From NCBI GenBank assembly GCA_964106915.2, contig OZ066914.1: a stretch of 64,000 nucleotides of DNA. The stretch is one strand, 5' to 3'. This document shows, one piece after another, positions 27,101 to 37,795 of the stretch. Source of the DNA: Podarcis gaigeae. Lineage: Eukaryota. Each line of letters begins with the position of its first letter. The stretch's first letter is position 1. The notes beneath the pieces are model-generated. The model worked only from the letters and a program-made list of their open reading frames with translations, ran no database searches and was not told the origin of the DNA. Position numbers and translations under genes: made by a program.

Positions 27101-27902
27101 ATACACTCTCTGTTTCCTACACTCAGCCTAAACAGTGTCCCAACAGGGCTAAAAGCCCCTTTCTATACTCTAAACCAGGAAATAATTAGCACCAGAACTA
27201 CCTGGCCCTTCAGCCATAGCATGCAAATAAACAAGGTCCATAGCAGTGCACACAATGCACTGCATTCGCACACTGCAACATGGCAAGCAGGAAGTGTTTT
27301 ATGCCTCTGAAAATGATCAGTACATCCCTGTTTGGGAATCAGTGTGTGAGGTTTGCCGCTGAGGGCAAAGCACAAGGACTCTGGCACATTAAAATACTGA
27401 GGGGTTTTCTTGGCCTGAAGGCTGATGGAAGGCCTGCAGCCACCTGCTCCTAACCTTCTGTCCAAGCCAGGTTTTCCTACAGCTAGATAGAAGGCATCTT
27501 TAATGCCCAGATCAGAAGATGGGAGGCCCTTATATGATAGAACACACTGCGGCAGTGAACTGAAGAACTCCATCCTCACAGGCAGGCAAGCATTATGGGC
27601 GTGCTTACCTCTATGATACTTCGCAAATCCCGCACGTACATGCGTTCCGACTCCACAATCTCCAAGACCACACGCTCCAGGTAGCTTAGTTTGGAATGGG
27701 AGACAGCAGAAGAAAGGGAAGGGCTCTTCAGGCCTCGCCAGGGCCCCGAGGAGGCATTGTTGTTGGCATTGTGCAGCAGTCCAGCCCTCAGTGAGGTAGC
27801 ATCAGAAGGTGTTTGGGCCACATCACTCCAGTCCTCCATAATGTGGCTAGCATTGGTCAGGGCTGCAGGCGGGTGGTTCAGAGGGTGCTCTGAAGAGCTC
27901 AT
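3960..27902 (-). CDS. PLEKHG3: Pleckstrin homology and RhoGEF domain containing G3 (spliced gene span, 18 coding exons, about 1367 aa)
   Basis: Exons 27609-27902, 26243-26343, 24774-24843, 24410-24456, 23321-23471, 21535-21666, 18764-18946, 16945-17037, 16370-16456, 15802-15835, 15235-15339, 12587-12658, 10686-10724, 10238-10263, 9333-9635, 8370-8471, 6320-7775 and 3960-4768 are joined by GT-AG introns with consistent phases and sum to 4104 nt. The DH, PH and C-terminal motifs ([34 protein letters not shown]) match PLEKHG3 as recalled. Confidence 0.93.
6320..7775 (-). CDS. PLEKHG3: PLEKHG3 large penultimate exon
   Basis: 1456 nt overlapping the 503-aa ORF; contains [36 protein letters not shown] and [18 protein letters not shown]; donor G|gtatgt. 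Confidence 0.95.
8370..8471 (-). CDS. PLEKHG3: PLEKHG3 exon
   Basis: [34 protein letters not shown]; cag|...|gtgagt; 102 nt. Confidence 0.78.
9333..9635 (-). CDS. PLEKHG3: PLEKHG3 acidic (poly-Glu) exon
   Basis: [14 protein letters not shown]...EEEEEEE...[31 protein letters not shown]; 303 nt, phase 0-0. Confidence 0.88.
10238..10263 (-). CDS. PLEKHG3: PLEKHG3 26-nt microexon
   Basis: (G)DPQPPEGT; ttctcag|...|gtaata. It supplies the phase 1 to phase 0 bridge required between the neighbouring exons. Confidence 0.6.
10686..10724 (-). CDS. PLEKHG3: PLEKHG3 short exon
   Basis: (E)[12 protein letters not shown], similar to recalled human EPTKHLLRQLNEK; cag|...|gtgagt; 39 nt. Confidence 0.88.
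12587..12658 (-). CDS. PLEKHG3: PLEKHG3 symmetric (phase 1-1) candidate cassette exon
   Basis: (E)[23 protein letters not shown]; tag|...|gtgcgg; 72 nt. Resembles the recalled mammalian EP...KGRRKS segment. Confidence 0.75.
14602..14732. mobile_element. Degenerate copy of the palindromic hAT-type MITE family
   Basis: caggtatgggga...tccctatacctg ends with family-type internal motifs. Related copies lie near 10361-10461, 19810-19920, 24050-24180, 26492-26627 and 47957-48082. Confidence 0.65.
15162..15197. repeat. (CA)n microsatellite
   Basis: Tandem dinucleotide read directly from the sequence. Confidence 0.95.
15235..15339 (-). CDS. PLEKHG3: PLEKHG3 exon
   Basis: (Y)[34 protein letters not shown]; 105 nt. 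Confidence 0.92.
15802..15835 (-). CDS. PLEKHG3: PLEKHG3 short exon
   Basis: [11 protein letters not shown]; cag|...|gtaagt; 34 nt. Confidence 0.92.
16370..16456 (-). CDS. PLEKHG3: PLEKHG3 exon encoding the PH C-terminal helix
   Basis: [29 protein letters not shown]; 87 nt. Confidence 0.95.
16945..17037 (-). CDS. PLEKHG3: PLEKHG3 PH-domain exon
   Basis: [31 protein letters not shown]; 93 nt. Confidence 0.95.
18764..18946 (-). CDS. PLEKHG3: PLEKHG3 PH-domain exon
   Basis: [61 protein letters not shown]; 183 nt. Confidence 0.95.
20259..20499. mobile_element. Tc1/mariner (Tigger-like) MITE
   Basis: TIRs cagtggtacctcggttta / taaacccaggtaccacgg, flanked by TA on both sides. Confidence 0.8.
20680..20815. 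mobile_element. hAT-type palindromic MITE, intact
   Basis: Near-perfect inverted arms (caggcatggccaaact... / ...agtttggccatgcctg) and a perfect 8-bp TSD acctacag. Confidence 0.9.
21535..21666 (-). CDS. PLEKHG3: PLEKHG3 exon at the end of the DH domain
   Basis: [44 protein letters not shown]; 132 nt. Confidence 0.95.
23321..23471 (-). CDS. PLEKHG3: PLEKHG3 DH-domain exon
   Basis: [50 protein letters not shown] carries the DH signature; 151 nt. Confidence 0.95.
24410..24456 (-). CDS. PLEKHG3: PLEKHG3 DH-domain exon
   Basis: [15 protein letters not shown](N); cag|...|gtgagt; 47 nt. Confidence 0.93.
24465..24530. repeat. (GGAGAG)n purine microsatellite
   Basis: About 10 tandem hexamer units. 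Confidence 0.95.
24774..24843 (-). CDS. PLEKHG3: PLEKHG3 DH-domain exon
   Basis: (S)[23 protein letters not shown]; cag|...|gtaagg; 70 nt. Confidence 0.93.
26243..26343 (-). CDS. PLEKHG3: PLEKHG3 DH-domain exon
   Basis: [33 protein letters not shown]; cag|...|gtgaga; 101 nt. Confidence 0.93.
26637..27085 (-). mobile_element. L2-clade LINE 3' fragment
   Basis: [19 protein letters not shown]...[15 protein letters not shown]...FRRHLK, followed by a (TTA)n tail. Confidence 0.85.
27609..27902 (-). CDS. PLEKHG3: PLEKHG3 coding exon 1 (N-terminus and start of DH domain; the exon extends to the acceptor at 27973)
   Basis: MSSSEHP...NANNN...[28 protein letters not shown]; donor GAG|gtaagc; acceptor tgcag| before 27973. 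The exact start codon is less certain. Confidence 0.88.
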
Positions 27903-29213
27903 GCCTGAGGCAGCAGAGGTTGGAACCACATCATCTCTGCCAGGAGATGGGGTAAGCAGGAACCGAGGGAAGTCTGCACGGAGAGAAAGTTTTGTCAGGG
28001 AATCCTGAAATGTTAAGGTTCATCTTGCACAAATTATACCTGACACATAAATTAGAGGGAGTTGCTGGGAACAGCAATTTTAATCAAAGTGAAAACCACC
28101 AAGATGAAAGGGCTGCTGTACATAATTGATTTAAACATTTTCCAGCTTTCTAATTCAGCTATTTCCTAAATAAAGCATATCTATTAACTAGTGCAAAAAC
28201 ATATTCGTTTGCAACTCAGCAGAGGTTTTGTACTAACTAGGAGTATGTTCCAAGGAGACATATAGTTCACGCATCTTATGCTCTATAAATTTTATGTACA
28301 TTTATGGAAGCAATCGTGAAATTAAGGATTTCTACTAGGTTTTCACCATACATATGAAAGGATGATGAACAAGTTCCTGAAGACTAAGTGCCCAGAACAC
28401 TCCACAAGTGAGGTGTTCTCAAGGCAGAAGCCGAGAGCAGGTCAGCAATAACTCACAAAGCGCCTGTGAGGTTAACTCTTTATTCAAAGAAACAAAACAT
28501 CTCAGGCCTAGTGGTCACAGCAACTGTTCCCAGCACGTCTTGCCCCAATGAGGCAGCTGCAAGGACTGAAGGGTCTCTGCTTCTCCACCGCTCTCTAAGG
28601 CTCCTCCTATCCTGAGGGTCCTTTGTCTTGTCTCTCTTTGATCTGCCCTCTTGATTCCTCTGCATGTTCTGGAAGACCAGGAGGGAGGAGAGCTGATCAC
28701 AGCAGGAAGGGGAGACCTCCTGACATCTTCAGCAGCCTGCCTCCACTCTGCCTCTGGGCCTCCCTCCTTTCCAGCCTCCACTTCTGACTCTGACCTGATC
28801 TCTGCCACAGCCTCTTCCTACACATTATACCTTTAAAGCTTATGTGAAACATATTCATTCCCTCAAAGAATTCTGGGCACTCTCATTTACCCTTCACAGA
28901 GTTATCATTCCCAGCAACTCTGAACAAACTACATTGCCCAGAATTCATTGGAGGGGGGCAGGAATGCACTTTGAGTGTCCTTCAAGGGTGTAGCATAACT
29001 CTACCTGGCTTTCTCCACTAGCTCCAAGCAGGTAGACAAGCGAGTGGCAACAAGCCCATGTTCTGTCAGCTACTGTAACTTCCATCTCTATCCAGATTCC
29101 TTCTGGCTGCCAGGAGGAAACGTTCCCTGCTCCTAGACCCATTTCACAAAGTCCTAGTACCTGAACGAGGGGGCGGGGATCACTTTTTCATCAAGAAAAA
29201 CCCAACTCCTCAC

Positions 29214-29277
29214 CAAACAGCTTAACAATCTGCGACGGAAGCCATTCCAGGGTGCTCTTCTCCTCCCAGATCAACAT
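29214..29277 (-). CDS. PLEKHG3: Candidate alternative first coding exon of PLEKHG3
   Basis: gggATG...TTG|gtgagg encodes MLIWEEKSTLEWLPSQIVKLF plus 1 nt, in frame with the stop-free 5' part of the exon starting at 27973. Confidence 0.45.
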
Positions 29278-32200
29278 CCCTCACTCGTTTGTCTGCCAGG
29301 CTGTCTGCACTGCTGCTGCAGGTGGCAAATCTGCCAAGTGAAGCCGGGAACGGCCTCTGAACCCCTGAAGGTGTGGAGGCTGCTGACGTCTTTCTCCTCC
29401 TCCCCCCCTCAAACACTCCTACATGTGAGCACCACGCCCAGAACAAAATATGGCTCCTCATTTCCCACTGAGGACTTCAGCTGAGACACACACACTTCCT
29501 CCCACACAAACAAGAGAGGGAGTAAAGAGGACACAGCTGCTCTGGCTTAGAAGTGTCCGGAAACACTTTCGTGTGCTGGCAAGCCGCTAAAATAGCCGCT
29601 AAAATCATGGATTTCCCCATCCCTCAAAGTGTCCTAGGAGCATGGGTTATTATGGCGTTATAAAGCCATTCATCCCAAGGGATTTCACCAAATTTGACAC
29701 TGAGTGACTCTGAAATCAGGAACCTCATAGGGACTTTCTGAAGACTGACAACAATAAAAATTGCCTCTAAAAGGTAACTGCATACTTCTGTATTGTGTAC
29801 TACTCAAACTTATTTACTCAAATATATGGCACACATAGTATGCTTGTTATGTTTGCCACTAAATGTCACACACGCACAAGAATGGGGTGATCTTTTAAAT
29901 CTCAGTTTCTAATTCTTTTGAAAAGGCTTCTCTTTTGGATTTTTAAAAAATAAAACCAAAATTAAAAGCAGTTTTAAAAAACATACTGGGGGTCCAACTA
30001 CAAAAAAGTGGGTTAATTGCAAAAACCATGAGAGCTGGATGTCCACACTGCTATTAGACACCACGACAACAATGCCATGAACAGTTTCAACAATTCCTGA
30101 ACTCTTAACACACCCTTGAGTTCCCATGATTTCACGATGGACCTATTTGCCTCTGACACTGGGCACCCATTGTATGCACCAACATATTACCTATCATCTC
30201 CCAAGCTCATCACTGACAGGCAACACACCTTCTACCTTCAATTAAGGGTTCCTTGTGTAGAGGAACCCACTGGAATGTGGTGACATAAGACCAACATGCT
30301 CATTTGATTCTGCACTAGAAGCAATAAGCTTTCCTCAACAAAAAAATCCAAGGCCTCTCCTTTTATGACTTGGAATACATGAGCCTTTGCTCATATCATA
30401 GGGTAAGGCTGGGCCCTGTGGTTAACAGCTGCAGAGATTCTATCCCAGAAGGGTAGGCAGAAGCCCTGAGACTGGATGCAAAAGGGATGGATGCTGCCGT
30501 GAAAGGCAGACCAGGGAAAAACAAAGAAAAGGAAGTGTTTCTGGCCAAGTGTCTGGGAACCTGCTTGGCCTGAGTCTCCCTGCTAAAGTGCTGTTTATTT
30601 AAGAACCACTTAACCTGCCAGCAGTTTGCAAACTAGCTGGAGGAGCTCATATGACTGACTAAACAGAAAATGTGCACAACTTTATAGGAAAGCCCACGTT
30701 CTGAAGGACCAATGCCTATAGTGTCTATTACTTTTCGGAGCAGGGCAATCCAAAAGTGCGAGCCTCAAGAGGAGTGTTAGCCTTTCTCCAGGACACATAT
30801 GGGGACTGGAGCACATGGCTGTTTGCACAATGTGCGCTTTCCCCATAATTCCGCTCCCTAAGGTTCCCCTTTATGAGCTCTAAGTGTACACAACCAGGCA
30901 AATATAGCCCCACCTTGCATGGTCTATCACCAGAATCATGGTCTCCCTGTGTGGAATTTATACATCTGTGGTGGTGTGCTGAGACTGAGAGCTGAGATAC
31001 CACGAATAAGCGTAGAACATGGTGTTTTGTGGTGGGAGGAGTCGATGTGGGGAAAGCCATTTCCCCTCCTCCCACTGAACTCAATGAGAAGGGAATTTCT
31101 TGAGCCAGGTCTGGAGCCAGTGTAAAGTTACACCATTAATGGGAGTGTGGGTGTGGCCTGGAGGACTGCATAATATGGCATAATTGTGCTCCTTCGCTGC
31201 TCCTCTGTCCTGCCCATGGCTTCACCCAATTTTGGCCATTCTGAGAGCATGTTCATGGGCAGAATACTTCAGATAGGCCAGTAAAATAGTCTGCCAGTAT
31301 ATATTGAGTTCCACTAGCATAGTGGGGCTTCTGCCATATGCTAAAGCCCCATAGCCAGCATTACTCAACAATAGGATTGCTCAGTTAGTCCCAATTTCTG
31401 CTAGGGTATTTATTTACTTCCAATGAAGTGTGCACTGGATTGTGGGCTAAAATCAAAGGCATCAAAAACCTTCCTATAAGGAATGTATGGTTTTCAAAAC
31501 TAACAAACTCAAGGGGGAGTGGGAAAGGGTGGGATAATAAGGGTTCCATAAAATATGAGTGGGAACGCAACACAAAGACAAATGTTTCTCACACTCTTGT
31601 AATGCCAGAACTTGGAACACCCCTGAAGATGATTGACAGTAGGTTCAAGACTGACTGTATGTATTGTCTGAAGAAGTAACTTATGGAACCCTGAGGTACG
31701 AACTTTTACCTCAGGTGACTTTTTTGAAGGACTGGAGAAATTCAGAAAGAATAAACCAGAAGCCATTAGCTAAGGCAGCTAAATGAAACCTCCATGGTCA
31801 CAGGCAGTAACTCTCCCAAAGCCAGATGCTGCAGACAAACTTCCCCCTTATTAATTTTCAGAGGCATTTGATGAAGAGAGCTGATAGAAACAGAAAGCTG
31901 AACTTGCAAGACCTTGACTTTATCTAGCAAAAACATTTGCATCTTTATTTTCAATTTTGCTGAGATAAAGCTTACAGATTTTTTTAAAAAGAAAGTCCAG
32001 GTAAGGAAAGAAGTTTGTAAACATTGCTTTGACCAAAGGTCTTGTTTCCAGGAATTCTCTAGATACTTTGCAGAGTAACTCAATAACATTTACTGAATAG
32101 ATTGGACACTGCTGACTGGAAAAGTAAAATCATACCTCATTCCTCATTTGAAATACGTCTAAAGAAATCTCAGGTTAGTCTTACTTAACTACACCTAAGC

Positions 32201-32799
32201 AGAGCAAAATTCTCATCTTTAAAGTTAAAGTGTATCTGATTGTTCAAAGAACAATCTTAGAACATATAATACATCCAACTGATTTATACTCCTAGCTAAA
32301 ATTGTATGATAGTAGCAGTTTTATCTTGAAACCCTTTCCTCACAGTCCTCAGCAGTGAATCTACCTTTTTCACTCCTGCCACATACTGAGAGCATTTTTG
32401 CTGAGCTGTGCTCCACGACTCCAAAATCTCTTTTCTGGTCAGGAACCACCAGCTCATAGCCCATATGCGAAGTCAGGATTTTTTGCCCCAATTCAAATCA
32501 CTTTACACTTACTTAGACTGAATTGCAGTTGCAATTTTAATGCCCATTCAGCTAGTTTGGATATACCCTTTTGGATCTCACAATCCCTTGTTATATCACA
32601 CTGAACAATTTGGTTTCCTCAGCAAATTTGGCCACCACACTGCTCACTCCAAACTCCAAGCCACTTATGAGCAAGTTGCAAAGCACAGGAGCCAATATCA
32701 ATCCCATTCTTTTATCAATGTTATTGATATGTATATATATATACACACACACCATACAGTACAACCTAACCAGGGATGACAGGGACTATAAACACATTT

Positions 32800-33600
32800 T
32801 CTCAGTTGATACAAAATCACAATAGAGAGAGACAATAATATATAAAACATTCACATATTCTTACATACAGTATGCCATATTTTAGATGTTGGTATAGATA
32901 CAATGTCCTGAAGGCTATTTGTAGCTATTTGTAGCAGTGTAAGAAATGAACTCTCCTCACCCAGGATGGAAATGTTCCGACATTTTCGATCCCTTGGAAA
33001 CATTCCAATTATGGACTATTTCTCCCACTATCTCAATGTTCCATACATTTTTATGCCACAGGGAAATATGTAATCCTTGCAATGTCTTCTACTTTTGTGC
33101 AAATAGATATCCTGGCTGCTGCCAACAACCACGGTTTTGTTCTTGTTGTGTCTGATTATCCCATATGTTGAAAAGTGAAAGTTGTCAAGTTATTTGAACA
33201 GGAGTCCTACAAACAGAAGAAATTCCAAGATACACCTCAGACCAAATGTTCTGTACAAGAGGACACTCCCACTGTAAACAGAAAAACAACAACCCTTGTG
33301 CCTCCACAGCCACACCAACAACATGATGTAATTTGTGAAGTTATATATGAAAGATGAAGCAACATGCGACAACATCTTTAGATGTTCAACAAACATTCCT
33401 GCATATAAGCCAATATAGTTCATAGGTCCATAATTTCTTCCACTTAGTTTCTGATATAACCATCCCCATATCCGTGTCCCATAGTGTCTTAGTCCTATAA
33501 GGGATCTAGTAGACAGATCTAACAATTTCCTGTATATTGCAGATACAAGCCCTTTCCCTAAAACACCCTCAGTTTTCACCCCAAGGTTTCAAATTTAGTA
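32800..33600 (-). mobile_element. Degraded L1/Tx1-like ORF2 3' fragment
   Basis: AT-rich, with broken ORFs (GLVSAIYRKLLDL...) in the style of the L1 ORF2 C-terminus; boundaries approximate. Confidence 0.5.
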
Positions 33601-33682
33601 AGATTACTATTAGGTGTTGCTAGTAGGCGCATAAGTTGAAGTGTTTAAAACCATTGTGAGAACTTCTTTTTTTCCTACTCTC

Positions 33683-34593
33683 CTACTCCCTTCTCTTGCG
33701 GGGGCCCAATTAGTGCCATTGCTTTCCGTTAAGAGTTTGGGTGTAATCCTTGATGCCTCCCTTTCCATGGAGGCGGAGGTTACAGCAACAGCCAAGGCGA
33801 CATTTTTCCACCTTCGCCACATCAAGCAGTTGGTCCCTTACCTTTCCCGCCCTGACTTGGCCACAGTGATCCATGCGACGGTCATCTCCAGGCTTGACTA
33901 CTGTAATTCGCTCTACGCGGGGCTGCCCTTGAAGCTGTCCCAGAAACTCCAGCGGGTACAGAATGCTGCAGCGAGGCTCCTCATGGGGTCTCTGCCATGG
34001 GAGCATATTCACCCAGTGCTTTTCAAGCTGCACTGGCTCCCGGTGGAGTACAGGGTCAGATTTAAGGTGCTGCTTTTGACCTTTAAAGCCCTTCACGGCC
34101 TAGGACCCTCGTACCTCCGGGACCGCCTCTCCTGGTATGCCCCACGGAGAGCCTCAAGGTCCATAAATAGCAACACCCTAGTGGTCCCAGGCCCTAAGGA
34201 AGTTAGATTGGCTTCAACCAGAGCCAGGGCCTTTTCAACTCTGGCTCCGGCCTGGTGGAACGCTCTGCCTCATGAGACCAGGGCCCTGCAGGATCTGATT
34301 TCTTTCCGCAGGGCCTGTAAGACAGAGTTGTTCCGCCTGGCCTTTGGCTTGGAGCCAGTTTGATTCCCTCCCTCCCCCCTCTCTTTTTTCCCCTTCTTTT
34401 CCTTCTCCTCCTGCGATGAGGCTACATTTTAATATTTTAATGTTCCATTATTTTAATTGTTGTGTTTTATTTTTGTTTTTAAGTTTGTAATCATTCATCT
34501 TGTTTTTATTATTGCTTGTAAGCCGCTCTGAGCCCGGCCTTGGCTGGGGAGGGCGGGGTATAAATAAAAAATTATTATTATTATTATTATTAT
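33683..34593 (+). mobile_element. L2-clade LINE, 5'-truncated, with uninterrupted RT C-terminal ORF, 3' UTR and (TTA)n tail
   Basis: ORF 33641-34363: LGVILDASLSM...SRLDYCNSLYAGLP...LQRVQNAAARLL...LHWLPVEYRVRFK. Confidence 0.9.
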
Positions 34594-34730
34594 TACTCTC
34601 TGCTTCCGTTTCCTTAGCCAATTACTGATCCATAAGAGGACCTTATCCTTTTATCCCATGACAGCCAATCATGCTCAGGAATCCTTGGTGAGGGAATTTA
34701 TCAAAACTTGTTGAAAGTCTAAGTACATAG
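34594..34730 (-). mobile_element. Short CR1-like fragment (probable target of the L2 insertion)
   Basis: ctctctgcttcc...ttactgatccataag...tttatcccatgac...tatcaaa resembles antisense CR1 RT DNA as recalled. Confidence 0.5.
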
Positions 34731-34933
34731 TTCACTCCTCACGATAGATTTGAACACCATTCAAATCTAACTTACAAGTTCTCACGAACTGGAGATGCAC
34801 TAGTCTAAATCATCTATCCTTTATCCACATGCATTTTAAGCAAGAACGTGCCCATGACCTTAAATTTACCAGTCTCGTTTTCATCTAATTCTGTTGCCTT
34901 TTGCTTAGGAGGTTCAGAGCCAGACAAAAGCCA

Positions 34934-34950
34934 CAGCGCCACCTGGTGGA
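34934..34950 (-). promoter_or_regulatory. CTCF consensus site
   Basis: The reverse complement TCCACCAGGTGGCGCTG matches the CTCF core motif. Confidence 0.6.
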
Positions 34951-37736
34951 TAGGACACTATGTGAGATTAGCAGTCACCCCCACCAAGCCACACTCAAAA
35001 CTTCCGATTAGTGAATCAAGAAGTCCAACCCACTATTTTGTTTTCAAGTGGCTAAGAATTATGCAGGAAGCAATTCTTCCTGTTGATTCACTATATTATT
35101 TTTTGTAGTCACTGATCATACAACCAACCTGTTGAGCCCAAAGATCATGACGTCCGATACAGTATTGCTAGGAGCAGAGTGTGCAGACAATCTCACAGTG
35201 AGTACATGTTCTCATTTCAGTTGTGGCCACAGTGAAGGCTGCAGCATTGTCATCTATTTAGAAGAAGCAGGATATGCTCCTTTACTCACTGTGGTATCAA
35301 AGTCCAATATATCAATAACAAATCTAACAGCACTTTTTATGCCTCTCAGTTCAAAGGTCTACCTCATTATAACAGCCAGCATTATAGCAGATAGCAAGCC
35401 AGGTCACACCTCAGATTGGGTACACAGGGTGTGAAACTTCCCTTTCTTACACTTCCAACAATCCTCATTTGGAGTAAAGAGGGATTTTCAGAAACAACCA
35501 GGAATCTCTTTTTCTTCAGTATCTAGATAAATACTTAATCCAGGAAGTTGCATAGGATTGTAAAACTGTGTTATCTAGTTTTCATTGCTACTGATGTCAC
35601 CTACATTATCAGAACGTGAAACTTAAATTAAGTCGGATCTAGGACTTCTGCAAGAATGTGCAAGACTCCACTGTAATACTACACCTATCCACGGATGTTG
35701 GGAAGAAAAGTTTCCATTGTGGCAAATGTCCCACTCCTCTATTTTTTTCAGTGAAACATTTTCCATTTCTAAAACTGCATTGTTTCATAACATTATTAAT
35801 ATAGTTAATGGATATAGTACCAGTCAAATGAGGCACATTCAAAGGGGTAATTAACTTTCTTTTCCAAGTGACGACCCCTAGGAAAAATGTGTGTGTGTTT
35901 TGTTTCCAGACTTCCTGCCAGCAGAGTTCAGCTCACAAGATGTTTCTGCTGAAGGGTGGGGAGAGAATTTTGCTAATTCCCCCTTCCCCAAGCCAGGACC
36001 CTCCAGACCAGTTTGGGAGATGACACTGGGGGTTGTGCAGGGAAGGGAGTGAATTGGGGGGGGGAAACCCTTCCCCCACCCTGCCACCCCACAAGAGCCT
36101 CTGTAGGATCCCAGAAGGGCAACCCAGCAAATAAAGATGCATAGCTCTTTGAATGTGCTAAGATTAGTATGTTAGCAGCTCTCAGTGCTTAAACTTTTTT
36201 CCTTAAAGCTTAAACAATGTAAGTATATACACTATTGAGTTGCTGTATCTTAAACATATGTCTTTAGTAAAAAAATAAATAAATATTCTAATAAAAATAA
36301 TTTCCAAGTACATCCTTGCATTAGTGTTAATTCATCTGAACCTCATTTCTGGCAGCAATCCTATGCACACTTAGCCTGGCAGTGTGCCCCCTTGACTACT
36401 AGGGGACCTATTTCTGAGCAAACACACACAAGATTCCACTGCTAAGTGTCCTTCAGTTATATTTTTCCTAATCAAAACATTACAGTTCAAATACTTTTAG
36501 CTACTGGTAAAATCTGCTGAGATGTTTGTAGGCATGTAAATAAACATAGCACACATTTAGTAAACCAAACTTTAAAAAGAAGTCAAATACGCATTCTAAA
36601 TCAATCAATTTAGCGCATCTGAAAATTATCCAGAAAACTGTCTACTTTTTTAAAAAACCCACATCACTGTGCATGACTTTCATTTTGTCAATCAGGCATG
36701 AATCTGAATTTATGGAGTCAGATGGGATTTCTAATCTACCCTTATTTCATATACTGAAGCTACAACTTCTGTGCCCAAAGATTCCTAATAAGCTAGCCAA
36801 TACAACAGGATAAATGTAAGGTTTAGGATCATCGCAAGGATAACAGTAATGTAAAATCCAAATAATATCAAGTACCTATTGTAAAGCACTGCAATGGCTA
36901 ACTGTGCATTTTAACTTAAGCAGGAAATGGAAAGGTAGGTTTCAGGAAAACAGTATGAAAGAAAGGGACTAACCACAATATTGTGGATGGGGGGCAGGGT
37001 GTGTACAGAGCTCAGTTGTCCAGGGTTCAGTATTGACTCACAGGAAGAACAGCTAATAATGACTGAAACAACATGGAATGTACCTGGAGGCCTCTCTTCT
37101 GAGAACTGCACCTGCCGCACCTTATTTTACATGTGGACATGGAACTCTTCCCCTGAATTCCAGTCAGCAGTGAAGCCATAATTTTCGTTAGCATGAAAGT
37201 GGCCATAGACTTGGAAGATAAAGGGCAGCAGACACTGGGGGGGGGGGGGGAGTGTTTCATAAGAAACTTTTGAAACCGGTTCTGCCAGCATGTCAGATTC
37301 TCCACATTTCTCCAGCGCTAAGAAGATGGGATCAGGATCAAAGACCAAAATTTGCCAGTGAGCCAAAGGATTCTATGTTGCTTAGTTATTTGCTTCCGTG
37401 GGATATGTATTGTGATGAAGAGTGGAATCCTTTGGCTTCAACGTTCCCCAGAATATTTGCAAATAGAGGCAAAGATTTTCGAAAAGAAAAACTTTGGGAC
37501 TCTCATTCAAAGAGAGCCCTGTCTGTAATGGGACCAGAAGTGTTCAGTCACTGCCTGCCAGCCACCTGAGGACTGTTTCATGCATGTAACAAGGGGCAAA
37601 TCCAGGCTGACACCCAACAGGTAACTGCAGCCCATCCCCAGCACGTGCACCTCTTTCTTAAAATATATTTATAAGTTGTTTATAAGCTTTGCATTGTAGA
37701 CAATTTTTTTAAAAAAGAATGAATTACTATACATAA

Positions 37737-37795
37737 AAAGGCAAAGGTACCCCTGACCGTTAGGTCCAGTCGCGGACGACCATGGGGTTGCAGCT
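37737..37795 (-). mobile_element. Sauria SINE 3' fragment
   Basis: aaaggcaaaggtacccctgaccgttaggtccagtcgc matches the SINE 3' end. Confidence 0.75.

Noticed and set aside
29222-29245. Short MASVAD start with donor T|gttaag as the alternative PLEKHG3 first exon
   Set aside because: It is also phase-compatible, but the donor is poor; the TTG|gtgagg donor with the upstream ATG fits better.
33641-34363. 240-aa ORF as a host gene
   Set aside because: It is a truncated L2 reverse transcriptase C-terminus.
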